From positions 256,001-320,000 of the forward strand of contig CAWCKW010000012.1 of NCBI GenBank assembly GCA_963796285.1: a stretch of 64,000 nt of DNA, written 5' to 3'. The notes beneath the pieces are model-generated. The model saw only the letters and a list, made by a program, of their open reading frames with translations. It did not search any database and was not told the DNA's origin. Origin of the DNA: Nitrospirota bacterium (lineage in GTDB: Bacteria > Nitrospirota > UBA9217). Position numbers and translations under genes: made by a program. Positions 1 to 13,452 of the stretch are shown piece after piece (within the stretch, counting starts at the first letter, position 1; each line of letters starts with the position of its first letter).

Positions 1-2
1 AC

Positions 3-245
3 GCGCTCAAAGTACCGGTTGGCAAAAAGGACGCTGTTCTCGCTTGCGTGGATGCTCTGCCGAAATGGTCGCCGCCCAAGTTGGATTACGTGGTCCACCG
101 GGTGCGGAGAGGGGAGACCCTGTCCAGAATCGCCATGCACTATCGCACGAGCGTTCAGCGGATCATGGAAGCGAACAACCTGAGGCGGGGAAAGCTGATC
201 AGCGTCGGCCAGCGCCTGAAGATACCAGTTCGAACCACCAGCTAG
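3..245 (+). CDS. C-terminal LysM domain of a probable lytic transglycosylase (MltD-like), 5' partial
   Basis: Open frame from the window edge ALKVPVGKKD...HRVRRGETLSRIAMHYRTSVQRIMEANNL...ISVGQRLKIP is a canonical LysM repeat. Confidence 0.8.
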   Translation, partial: ALKVPVGKKDAVLACVDALPKWSPPKLDYVVHRVRRGETLSRIAMHYRTSVQRIMEANNLRRGKLISVGQRLKIPVRTTS

Positions 246-450
246 ATTTTCTTCTGTTCCGCGATCCGCCTCCTGATCCCTTCGGGGATCGAGATCTCCT
301 TTTCTTTCGCGATAATGATGCATCACCATGGCGCCCTCGCTATTCGCTGGGATCTCCCTGTGGCGATGGCCCACCACCTTGTACCTTATCGAGAAACGGT
401 CCTCCTCAATGCAAACGATCTTTGCTTCTAACGAGAACGTATCGGGATTG
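242..450 (-). pseudogene. Degenerate C-terminal half of a hotdog acyl-CoA thioesterase (YbgC/FadM-like)
   Basis: Manual translation PDTFSLEAKIVCIEEDRFSIRYKVVGHRHREIPANSEGAMVMHHYRE/(frameshift)KEISIPEGIRRRIAEQKKI*; in-frame stop at 462-464 upstream and no recoverable N-terminus. Confidence 0.55.
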
Positions 451-842
451 CAAGGAGAAATTTATCCGTCAGATAAATATAGATCGTCTTTCCCGGATAC
501 GATACATCAGGCCGCTATTTCAACATCTTATACATCTTTCATGCTGATTTTCCTCTCGCAATACCGTAGGACAAATAACCCCGGCAAATAGGGACTTCAT
601 CCAATTGTCAAAACCCCGTGTACCCTCTATGTTTAAATCAACAAAATGCGGTAGGGAGGGAAGCTGAAAAGCCAGAGGGCAGAAAAAAGTGCCGGGATAG
701 TCACCTGCCGGATCCGGCAAGCAAAAGGAGACTTTAGAAATCAATCTAGTTCACCTTGACGCTCTATTAACGTTCTGATTGTAAAGTAATAAATATAAGA
801 GTAAGAGAATGCCAAAAGCAGTTTATTCTTAAGGACACTGAA

Positions 843-2355
843 GTGACGAATAAAGAAAAAATAAAAGAACCATTCGATAAGAAAAAGCAAAAAGCAGAGG
901 ATAAACTCCGCGAAACGGAACTCCTCTATCAGGCCTTATTCAAGCAATCTCCTGACGGCATTTTAGTCATTGACACGAATGGGAATTTCGTTGAATTCAA
1001 TGAAGCCGCCCATCGCCAGCTTGGCTACACAAGAGAAGAATTTAAGGGACTTCGGATCTCCGACATAGACCCATTTCAAGGGCCTGAAGAAATACAAACC
1101 ACTATCAAGGACGTTTTAGAAAAAGGGAGCGCTGAATTTGAAGTCAAGCATAGAACGAAAGAAGGAGAGATAAGGAATGTTTACGTCATAACTCAATTGG
1201 TGGTTCTGTCCGGCCGCACATTATTCCATACCATATGGAGAGATGTCACCGAGCGCCAACGCGCGGAAGAGGAACGCGCTCGTCTTGTTTTGGCAATTGA
1301 GTCGGCCGCTGATGCTATTGTCATGACCGACGCCATAGGAAGCATAAAGTATGTCAACCCGGCGTTCGAGAGAATCACGGGCTACACCAAAGACGAAGCC
1401 CTGGGGCGCGATCTGCACATCGTGGAAAGCGGAAAACATGACGAAGCGTTTTACCGTGAGCTCCGGGAGACACTGACACGCCACGGCGTGTGGACGGGCC
1501 GTCTCGTGAACAAAAAGAAAGACGGCACCCTGTATCAGGAGGACTGTACCTATGCGCTGGTGAAAAATCAGTCGGGTGAGGTCATCAACTACGTCTCCAT
1601 CAAACGCGACGTGACCGAGAAAATCAAGCTTGAGTCCGTGGCCCAAGCCGTGGACATGATGAACAACATCGGCAGCATTTTTTCCGGGGTCAGGCACGAA
1701 ATCAGCAATCCCGTCAACAACATTGCCATGATCTTAGGCATTCTCAAGGAAAAGTATGAGAAGCTTGAGAGGTCCGCCATCAGAGATTATATCGATCGTT
1801 CCTTGAATGAGGTATCCAAGGTAGAATATCTTCTCGAAGGTTTAAGAAACTTCAATATGTACGAAAAACTCGAACTTCAGTACATCCGGTTGCCGGATTT
1901 CCTGGAGATTTTTCTTGCAGTGGTGAGATGAATATCTCAAAGACAGAGGCATCGAGATCACGACATCGGTCGAACCGGAAGCGGAGCTATGTTATACCGA
2001 TCCGCGCGCTTTGCATCAGGTTTTATTGAACATCCTTACGAATGCAGTCGATGCCTTGGATGGTCGGAAAAATCCAAGCGTGGCTCTCAGCGTCTCAAAA
2101 AAATATAATATGATCCACATACGGGTGGCGGACAACGGCTGCGGTATCGAAGAGGAAATGCGGAAAGACCTCTTCAAACCCTTCTACACTACCAAGGCCC
2201 GAGGGACGGGCCTCGGCCTCATGATCGCCAGGAAGATGCTCACCATGATCAACGGTGATATAGAGATAACAAGTCATAAAGATATCGGGACAACCGTGGA
2301 CATTGCCATCCCGGAGGGAAGAACAGAGGAACAAACCGACAAAACATGGGATTAA
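843..2355 (+). CDS. PAS-PAS sensor histidine kinase (frameshift near 1925)
   Basis: Two PAS domains, H-box GVRHEISNP; HATPase motifs (NILTNAVDA, DNGCGI, FYTTK, GTGLGL) in a shifted frame; the bridge DEYLKDRGIEITTSVEPEAELCYTDPRALHQ is continuous in the second frame. Confidence 0.85.
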
Positions 2356-2688
2356 GGACGTAGAAGGGGGAAATGCACAGGGTCGCTTCCGCTTTTGCAC
2401 TATGGCCCCATGATGGGAATCATGTTTGGTTGAAACCTAGACCTTTATACGGGTATCCAATGTGTGTGTGACAGGGAGTATCTGTTGACTGAAAACGATG
2501 TCATAAAGGGCATGATATAAAGAGTAATAGGTGTTCATCTGATGAGGCGATTCTCCCTGGAAGGTTTTATTGAAAGGACTGGCAGATTTGCCGGATTGGG
2601 TGGAAGCGTTCCGTTGGAACGGCGGTCGAATTCAATCGGAACGTATATTAGCCAATCACCAGAACCTGCAAGCCGGGTTTTCGCTTTT

Positions 2689-6204
<3,516 letters not shown>

Positions 6205-6219
6205 AGTGGTAAGGAAAGC

Positions 6220-6291
6220 TCCAAATTCCAATGAGTTCAAAATTTAAATATTTGGATTTGGCCAGTATTTGGAATTTCGGATTTCGAATTT
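6220..6291. repeat. Intergenic inverted array of short (~7 nt) repeats
   Basis: ccaaattcca...ttcaaaattt faced by tttggattt/tttggaattt/tttcgaatt. Confidence 0.45.
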
Positions 6292-6312
6292 ATTCCCGCA
6301 AGGCGGGAAAAC

Positions 6313-6388
6313 TGGAGGCGGCGATCGGATTTGAACCGATGAATGAAGGTTTTGCAGACCTCTGCCTTAGCCACTTGGCTACGCCGCC
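6313..6388 (-). tRNA. tRNA-Cys(GCA)
   Basis: Reverse complement GGCGGCGTAGCCAAGTGGCTAAGGCAGAGGTCTGCAAAACCTTCATTCATCGGTTCAAATCCGATCGCCGCCTCCA: cloverleaf, GCA anticodon, CCA end. Confidence 0.97.
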
Positions 6389-6522
6389 ACTTGTATGTAA
6401 TGAGATGAAAAAAGATGAAGGAGTGAGTCGGGAGTTACAAGATATTCGATGAACTATAACTCAAAACTCAGAACTTCAAGCGCTGTACTCTGAACAAGGG
6501 CTGTATGGCACGAACATGCGGG

Positions 6523-6551
6523 ATATTAAGGTAAAACAGACATGAAGTCAA
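6523..6551 (-). promoter_or_regulatory. sigma70-type promoter for tRNA-Cys/dnaE
   Basis: TTGACT-17 bp-TAATAT on the minus strand. Confidence 0.6.
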
Positions 6552-6647
6552 GTTCAAAAAAAGAGGTTATTTTTTTTCGTTCATATGTAGAACGAATGAA
6601 CCTTTGTGGTTGCACTTCTGACCTGTTACGTCGTACACATATCGGGA

Positions 6648-7058
6648 TCAATGCACGTTCTTATCGTTTATATGCTGGAGGGTGAGGGGAATGATGCCTG
6701 CCCGCTCCCCATCGATGAGCGTCTCGACCCAGTACGTACCGGGGACAGTGAACTGTGTGTTGAACCGGACCGATATGTCGCGGTGACGCTGGCTTTCGTT
6801 GAAAAGGCTTATTTTTGTTTCCGATTCCGAGAGGACCTGCTTCTGGTCAGGGGCGAGAAGCCTGATCCTGGACAGAAAATCTCCTTTGCCGCTGGTCCAT
6901 TCGTTCACGATGGCAAAACGATAGTGCAGGGCGGGAAAGGTATTCGCGAAAATGCTCTCGAACAGTCCCATGAAGCTGAATTTACCGCCCATCTCCTGAC
7001 GTACGTCGTCGCAAAGGAGTGTATAGTTTAATCTGGGCTTGATCTTCTTGTCCGCCAT
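6648..7058 (-). CDS. Conserved hypothetical protein (DUF6941-like)
   Basis: LLCDDVRQEMGGKFSFMGLF...FPALH...VPGTYWVE pattern. Confidence 0.7.
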   Translation of the reverse strand: MADKKIKPRLNYTLLCDDVRQEMGGKFSFMGLFESIFANTFPALHYRFAIVNEWTSGKGDFLSRIRLLAPDQKQVLSESETKISLFNESQRHRDISVRFNTQFTVPGTYWVETLIDGERAGIIPLTLQHINDKNVH

Positions 7059-7348
7059 GCGGACACCTTAACATACAATAACGAGGAACGTCAATCTGTT
7101 TTTCACCAGTGATTATCAGCAACCCTATGCGTGAAATATTACAGACCCTCCAATCAAAAGAAAGTGCGATTTTTTTGAATTGATAATCTGGGTGAGCGTT
7201 GTTTAAGGTAAATACCATTAAGTATGATAAATCATCATATTAGACTCGTTTTTTCGAGAGAGGTGATTATTATTTATTTTTGTTGTCAAAAGGTGGTTTT
7301 TATTGATATATTCATAACCGACGCGTTCAAGAAAGGGTGGCAGGAATC

Positions 7349-9262
7349 ATGGTGGAACAAAAGCTTACGACAAGAAAAAAATACCTCATAAAGATTGCCG
7401 CGTTTTTGATCTTCCTGTTGCAACTCCTTTCGAAGTTTACTCCTGCTTCAGCGCAAACCGCTGAAGAAAAGAATTTCCTGCTGATGTATTTCAAGGAGGA
7501 GGAACTTGTGGTGGAATCACCCACCAGGAGCCCGAAGCCCGTTTCCCAGGTCGCGGAGAACGTCACGGTCGTTACGGCCGCGGACATTGAGCTCATGAAC
7601 GCGCATACGCTCGCGGACGTGCTGAATACCGTCACCGGGGTCCAGGTATTCATGAACGGAGGACCCGGCCAAGCAGCATATGGGTATATCCAGGGCTCCG
7701 AGCAGAGACACGTTGCGGTCTTCATCGATGGTGTTTCCTTAAACAATCTCGGATCAGAGAACGTGGAACTCGGGATGGTCCCGGTCCAGAACATCGAGAA
7801 GATCGAGATCATCAAAGGACCTGCATCCTCAGCGTGGGGCTCGGCCCTCGGGGGCGTGGTGAACATCATCACCAAGTCGGGAAGCATGGACAATCAGGGC
7901 GGGACGCTCTCCGCATCTTACGGGACAAAAAATACAGACGATTTCCGGGCCGAGGCACGGGGCAAACAGGACAAGGTTGGTTATTATATCACTGCCGGGA
8001 GGCTCCAGTCGGATGGCCTGACAACGCACATGGGCGTCGGCGAAAATAACGGCTATGCGAAACTGACTTATGATTTTACCGAGAAGACCAACATTCTTTT
8101 CACCTTTGGGTATGAGAAAACTTCCCGAGACACGGGGGAATACGCGCCATACGATTTGTCCTTTCACAATACCTGGGAAAGCATTTTTTCATCTCTTGCG
8201 ATCAATTCCGCGATCAGCAAGGACATGGAGCTGGATGTTTCCGTCCGGACGATTCGCCAGGACTATATTAATGATACTTCCACGCTGAGTTCCGGCCTCT
8301 TACTATCGCCGTCGGAGCACGATGCTGATAAGGGATATGGCGCGAGTGCAAAACTCACCTATAAAAACACGTTCCAGACGATCGTGCTCGGCGCGGACTA
8401 TGATGATCAGAAGCTGACATCAAACCTCATAGCGGAGGGCGAACAGGGGATGAAAAAATGGGCCGTGTTCCTGAACGATACCCTGCTATTCAACAAGCTC
8501 GCAATAACGCCCGGCCTCCGGTATGAAAAAACAGATACGAGCGGAGATTCGGCTAGCCCGAGCCTGGGCATGACCTACAGCCTTGCGAACAGCACCATTC
8601 TCAGGGCATACGCGGCAAAAGGCTTCAACATCCCGTCTTTGGGAGATAGATTTGGAGACATCGCGTCATTTTATGTCGCAAATCCCGATTTGAAGGCTGA
8701 GACGGTCTGGTCGTATCAGGCGGGTGTTGAGACCGCTGCCCTGAAATACCTCTGGCTAAAGATGTCGGCATTCAGAAACGAAATACGTGATGCCCTCACT
8801 ACTGAACCTACCTCAACCGCGGGCACCCAGTTTACCTATGTAAATAAAGGGAGGCAGAGGCGCCAGGGCTTCGAGGTCGAGGCGAAGACTGTCCCTGTTT
8901 ACCATTTTTCTCTTTCCGCTGGCGCGGAAATCATCGACGCGAAAGACCTTGACACAGGCGAGAGAGTAACGGACATTCCGACCCGTGTATATGACCTGGG
9001 CCTTCATTACAATGACGAACATACGTTCAAGGCCCTTCTCCAGGGCCGCTATATTGACTGGAATGATCAGACACAGCTTAAGGGGGAATATGGTTCCTTT
9101 GTGTTCGATCTTAGTATGATCAAAAAGATCCTGGAGCGCAAGGACGCCTCTTTGGAGGCCTTTGCGAATGTTCATAACATATTTAACGGAAAACAGTATA
9201 TATTATCGGTCTACAAAAACCCAGAACGGTGGTTCGAAGGGGGAATACGATATAAGTTTTAA
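7349..9262 (+). CDS. TonB-dependent outer-membrane receptor
   Basis: Signal peptide, plug motif VFIDGV...IEKIEIIKGPASSAWGSALGGVVNIITK, NPDLKAE, C-terminal ..GGIRYKF. Confidence 0.92.
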   Translation: MVEQKLTTRKKYLIKIAAFLIFLLQLLSKFTPASAQTAEEKNFLLMYFKEEELVVESPTRSPKPVSQVAENVTVVTAADIELMNAHTLADVLNTVTGVQVFMNGGPGQAAYGYIQGSEQRHVAVFIDGVSLNNLGSENVELGMVPVQNIEKIEIIKGPASSAWGSALGGVVNIITKSGSMDNQGGTLSASYGTKNTDDFRAEARGKQDKVGYYITAGRLQSDGLTTHMGVGENNGYAKLTYDFTEKTNILFTFGYEKTSRDTGEYAPYDLSFHNTWESIFSSLAINSAISKDMELDVSVRTIRQDYINDTSTLSSGLLLSPSEHDADKGYGASAKLTYKNTFQTIVLGADYDDQKLTSNLIAEGEQGMKKWAVFLNDTLLFNKLAITPGLRYEKTDTSGDSASPSLGMTYSLANSTILRAYAAKGFNIPSLGDRFGDIASFYVANPDLKAETVWSYQAGVETAALKYLWLKMSAFRNEIRDALTTEPTSTAGTQFTYVNKGRQRRQGFEVEAKTVPVYHFSLSAGAEIIDAKDLDTGERVTDIPTRVYDLGLHYNDEHTFKALLQGRYIDWNDQTQLKGEYGSFVFDLSMIKKILERKDASLEAFANVHNIFNGKQYILSVYKNPERWFEGGIRYKF

Positions 9263-9413
9263 CCTGTAGACAAACACCCGCATCGGCGGACGCCCCTTTC
9301 ACTTTTTTAGATGTCATTCTTGAAATATTTTATCAGGAACTCGGTTTATTAAAACCATAGCCCCGATAGAAGCGCTCGGGGAAGATGAAAAGAGAGGAAA
9401 GGGGGTGAGGTGA

Positions 9414-9569
9414 ATGGCGGTCAAGAAAAAAGCAACTAAGAAAAAAGCTACCAAGAAGAAGGCGACGAAGAAGAAGGCAACAAAAAAGAAAGCTGCAAAG
9501 AAGAAAGTTACAAAAAAAGTAGCCCCAAAAGCTTTGTGCTGCAGCTTCGGGCCGACAAGGTTTATCTAA
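9414..9569 (+). CDS. 51-aa Lys-rich putative RiPP precursor peptide (not in the ORF track)
   Basis: SD-like GGGGGTGAGGTGA then ATG; MAV(KKKAT)4KKKAAKKKVTKKVAPKALCCSFGPTRFI*; synonymous variation between repeat units; directly upstream of a radical SAM/SPASM gene. Confidence 0.85.
   Translation: MAVKKKATKKKATKKKATKKKATKKKAAKKKVTKKVAPKALCCSFGPTRFI
9423..9512 (+). repeat. Six imperfect 15-bp tandem repeats encoding KKKA(T/A)/KKKVT
   Basis: aagaaaaaagcaact aagaaaaaagctacc aagaagaaggcgacg aagaagaaggcaaca aaaaagaaagctgca aagaagaaagttaca. Confidence 0.9.
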
Positions 9570-9588
9570 CAGCAACTCCAACCTTAAA

Positions 9589-9614
9589 TGAGGGAGGGCA
9601 AGCGCCCTCCCTCA
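9589..9614 (+). terminator. GC-rich stem-loop between precursor and maturase (leaky terminator or stability element)
   Basis: tgagggagggc-aagc-gccctccctca, perfect 11-bp stem followed by gaattttc. Confidence 0.7.
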
Positions 9615-9634
9615 GAATTTTCATTGAGACGTTC

Positions 9635-10935
9635 ATGACCCTTTCCCGATACTGCAAAATATATCGACATCCCGAAGACAAGGGACTCAGAAAACTTTTT
9701 TCAACCAGTACCATGGCCGCGGTGGACGTTACGCCCGAAGTGCTTCGGGACATTAAAAAGGGTGCACTCTCTGCGAAAAGTGAAAAGAAAACCCTCAAAG
9801 AACTCGGGTTCCTCGTAAAGAATGCTGAGTCTGAGCAACGAGAGCTGCTCGGTTTCATCGATGATTTCAATGCACAGACTACGTCATTCAGCGCCGTCGT
9901 GGTTCTGAATCTTGACTGCAACCTCGCGTGCAGGTATTGCTTCGAAGGCAAAAGAAAGGGCAAATTCATAACATGTCCGCTGAAACGGCGGACGATTTCG
10001 TGGATTTTGTAAGGATCCCGTGATCTCAAGGGCAAGGATGAGATCAATGTCGTCTTTTACGGCGGCGAACCGCTCCTCAGCATGGACACGATTCTCCGCA
10101 TCTCCGAAGAAGATGACGCGTTGTTGCCGATAAAAAGAAGCTGAAATATTAGTTTTGCCTTAATAACCAACGGCACGCTTCTTACCAGGCGCACTGTGGA
10201 AGAAATTGTTGCCCCTCGGCCTTACGACCGCCGGAATGACCCTCGACGGTCCCCGTGAGGTGCACGACCTCTTCAGACCCTTCAAGACCGGCAAAGGCTC
10301 CTTCGATGTTATCGTAAAAAATATTCAGGACGTATGTTCTTTGATCGACGTGCAGGTAGGTGGAAATTATACCAAGGACCATTACTAGGGAATTTCCTCT
10401 GCTGCTCGATCATTTTGCCGAGAAAGGCATAAGTCCCGACAAGATTTCCTCAGTTGATTTCAATCCCGTAATCAATGAACACAATGAATTCGCTCCGCCC
10501 GATTTTCATGACGGTTGCATGTCGACAAATGAGCCGTGGCTGTCCGAGGCGACCGTTTTCCTGAGGGAAGAAACATTGAAACGAGGCTTTCACACGCGTG
10601 CACTCATGCCCTCGGTTTGCGCCATAGAGCGGCCCAACAGCATCATTGTCAATTACGACGGCACGTTGTATAAGTGCCCGGGGCTGCTCGGGAGAAAGGA
10701 CTTCTGTGTCGGCGATCTGACGAATGGAATCATTGATTACAGCGCGTCACACTCGCTCGACAACTGGAAAAATGAAAAATGCCTCTCATGCAGTTATCTG
10801 CCGCTCTGTTTCGGCGGATGCAGATATATGAAACTCGTGCGCGACGGTCATATGCAGGGCGTCGATTGCAAAAAACAATATCTCGACGTGATTCTCGAGG
10901 AACTTGTCCTGCAGGACATTACCTACGATCTTTAA
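9635..10935 (+). CDS. Radical SAM/SPASM peptide maturase, geopeptide-maturase-like (several frameshifts)
   Basis: MTLSRYCKIY N-terminus, CNLACRYC, FYGGEPLL, ITNGTLL, TLDGPREVHD, SPASM cysteines (CAIE..YKCP..CLSCSYLPLCFGGC..DCKK) spread over several frames. Confidence 0.85.
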
Positions 10936-11072
10936 GAAATCCCAAATATGAAGCGATATTTTCATCCCATAGTTCAAGAGCAAATGTCTTACGCAGGTTA
11001 AGAAGATTTAAATTTAGCTCCTGGGTATTATTTGTAAATCGGGCCTTGAGAGTTGGTTTATAATTATCCTCC

Positions 11073-11993
11073 GTGTATACCCTATTCCGACATATTCGAG
11101 CACGATCCCGAAATCTATTCCTTGCCACAGCCGCGTTCGCGGCGTTCGCAGCCAGCTGTCCTGTACCCGCTGAATCGTTCGAGTTAGTCGTCGTTAAAAA
11201 TGCCGATTTGAAACCGTATCAGGATGTGCTCCGTGGCATCAAGGATTCCTGCAGCTGCACTGTGAGGGAATTAAAACTTCCTGAAGATGAAGGTGTGGAG
11301 AAGATACTGAAAGCTTCCCCGAACGCGGTCCTCGCAATCGGGACGAGCGTGTTCAAAAAGGTCAAGGAGATTAAAGGCCTTCCGGTGATTTACACCATGG
11401 TGATGCCGTCGGAGACCGCCGGTCCGCTGCGCCCGAACATCTCCGGCGTGAGCATGGACAGTGACCCCGCAGAATCCATCGCCGCCATAATGGGGGTGTT
11501 TTCCAAGGCTAAGAGTATCGGGATCGTATATGATCCGCACTACACTGCGGCGCTCGTGGAAGAGGCGGTAAAAGCCGCAGCATCCGCGGGAATCGATCTG
11601 GTGGTAAAGCAGGCGCATGACCAGCGTGAAATACCTCGTCTTTTGGATGAGTTGCGCGGCAGGATCGATGTCCTCTGGATGCTGCCTGACCCGACCGTGA
11701 TCAATACCGCAATGGTCGATTATCTGCTCAATTTTTCCTTTCAGTACAATGTGCCGATCTTCTCCTTTTCCAATAAATATGTCGAGATGGGGGCCGTGGC
11801 GGCCCTGGTTGCGGACCCCTATAATATGGGGGTGCAGGCGGGCGAAATCGTCAACAGGCTGTCAGCCGGCCGGTCGAACGCAACGAGAGCATATGCGAGA
11901 ACATCTCACCTCACGATAAACACAAAGGTGGCAGCAAAGATGGGTCTTAAGATCAAGGACGAAATACTCAGGAGGGCGAATATCTTTGAGTAG
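11073..11993 (+). CDS. ABC-type substrate-binding protein (ABC_sub_bind/DUF534-like)
   Basis: Signal peptide; LPVIYTMV, NISGVS, IGIVYDP, DVLWMLPD, INTKVAAKMGL motifs; no permease or ATPase nearby. Confidence 0.85.
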   Translation: MYTLFRHIRARSRNLFLATAAFAAFAASCPVPAESFELVVVKNADLKPYQDVLRGIKDSCSCTVRELKLPEDEGVEKILKASPNAVLAIGTSVFKKVKEIKGLPVIYTMVMPSETAGPLRPNISGVSMDSDPAESIAAIMGVFSKAKSIGIVYDPHYTAALVEEAVKAAASAGIDLVVKQAHDQREIPRLLDELRGRIDVLWMLPDPTVINTAMVDYLLNFSFQYNVPIFSFSNKYVEMGAVAALVADPYNMGVQAGEIVNRLSAGRSNATRAYARTSHLTINTKVAAKMGLKIKDEILRRANIFE

Positions 11994-13452
11994 ATTAAAA
12001 GAACGCTTCGGCCTCAAGGTGATTTTCTCTTTCGTAGTGGTCATCATCGTCGTGCTGTCGATATTCACCGTGTTCTCAGTTGTCCGTGAAGGAAATAAGG
12101 CGAAAGAAGACCTGAGGGAACAGGGGAACATGCTGGCAGTCCTTCTTTCGCGCAGCCTTATCGTGGGTGTTTTTGCGGAAAACGATAAATTACTGACGGA
12201 TGCGGCGGAGGGCATCATGGGCCTCAAGAATGTCGATTCGGTGACGATTTACAACGCAGATTTAAAAATGCTCAGCGCCGGCGGCAAGACTTCATCCGAA
12301 AAGAATTCGCTTACGGTCCGGAAAACCGGGGTACCTGACGTAAGACGCGTTCAATCGTTGACCATCGTGGAAACGCCGAATGCCTTTGAGTTTATGGAGC
12401 CCATCTTGATCAAATCCGGTTTGAACGAGGACGAGTCGCTGTATTTCGGCCACGGAAACGAGGACAAGACGGAAAAAGTGATAGGATATGTGAGAATCGT
12501 TTTGAGCAAGGACGCCTATCATAAAGAGATTTTGTCCGTAGTTCTCCGAAATGCCGCAATCATGTTGATCTTCATCTCTTCAAGCATCGTCATCATCTAT
12601 TTTGCGGTAAAAAAGGTCACCCGGCCGCTCGATACGTTGACCAGGAGCGTGAAGGCCCTCGAAAAGGGGATGCGCGTCGAACAGATGCCGGTTGAGACCG
12701 AGGATGAGATAGGAAACCTTGCTTCGGCCTTTAATGCCATGATCATCGCGCGAGGCCTGGCCGAGGAATCGCTGCGCTCCATGGTTTCGGAAATGTCGTT
12801 GATGGAATCGCGGATCGAGGAACGGGAACGACATCTTATCGCAGCGGATCTTCACGATTTTGTCGGGCAAAACCTCGCGGTGCTGTTGTTCAAGTTGGCT
12901 GCGTTGCGGAAAATGCTCTCTTCTCCGGAGGTTATCCATCAAGTGGAGGAACTACGTGAACTCATCGGGAAAACCATCCAGTATACGAGGTCGCTGACGG
13001 TTGAACTCAGCCCTCCCATTTTGTCCGAAATCGGATTTTTGGCCGCTGTAGAGTCTCTTGCCGAGGGAATCCAAAAAACGCACGGGATACGGATCAGTAT
13101 CTCGGATGACGGTCAACTCAAACAGGCCGATGACGAAACTCGATATCTCCTCTTCAGGATCGTCCGTGAACTCCTGATGAATATCGTAAAACACGCGCAG
13201 GCGAGTTCAGTAAAAATAAGTCTCGCCAGAAACGAAGACATCATGCATATTGCCGTTGAAGACAACGGCATCGGATTCGACACGGAAAAGGGTGCCGGAA
13301 GGAACAGTGGATTTGGACTGTTTACGATCCGCGAGCGGTTGAAACGATTGGGAGGATATTTCGCGGTTGATTCCAGGCCTGGTTTTGGAACGAAGGTGAT
13401 CCTGTCTGTTCCGCTCAAATCAAAACCGGGTGATCAGAAAGGGATAGTATGA
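11986..13452 (+). CDS. Membrane sensor histidine kinase (periplasmic sensor, HAMP, HisKA_3, HATPase)
   Basis: Two TM helices, HAMP (TRPL..EDEIGNLASAFNAM), ERERHLIAADLHDFVGQNL, NIVKHA, DNGIGF, GFGL. Confidence 0.92.
   Translation: MSRLKERFGLKVIFSFVVVIIVVLSIFTVFSVVREGNKAKEDLREQGNMLAVLLSRSLIVGVFAENDKLLTDAAEGIMGLKNVDSVTIYNADLKMLSAGGKTSSEKNSLTVRKTGVPDVRRVQSLTIVETPNAFEFMEPILIKSGLNEDESLYFGHGNEDKTEKVIGYVRIVLSKDAYHKEILSVVLRNAAIMLIFISSSIVIIYFAVKKVTRPLDTLTRSVKALEKGMRVEQMPVETEDEIGNLASAFNAMIIARGLAEESLRSMVSEMSLMESRIEERERHLIAADLHDFVGQNLAVLLFKLAALRKMLSSPEVIHQVEELRELIGKTIQYTRSLTVELSPPILSEIGFLAAVESLAEGIQKTHGIRISISDDGQLKQADDETRYLLFRIVRELLMNIVKHAQASSVKISLARNEDIMHIAVEDNGIGFDTEKGAGRNSGFGLFTIRERLKRLGGYFAVDSRPGFGTKVILSVPLKSKPGDQKGIV

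Noticed and set aside
1925-1935. TGA in the PAS kinase as selenocysteine or readthrough
   Set aside because: The coding sequence continues in a different frame, so this is an indel, not an in-frame stop
7223-7239. Fur box upstream of the TonB receptor (TATGAT-N5-ATCATA)
   Set aside because: An inverted repeat is present but spacing does not fit the Fur 7-1-7 consensus, and the region is AT-rich
9333-9581. 82-aa hydrophobic minus-strand ORF
   Set aside because: It is the antisense reading of the Lys-rich peptide, which has the SD, synonymous repeat variation and operon context
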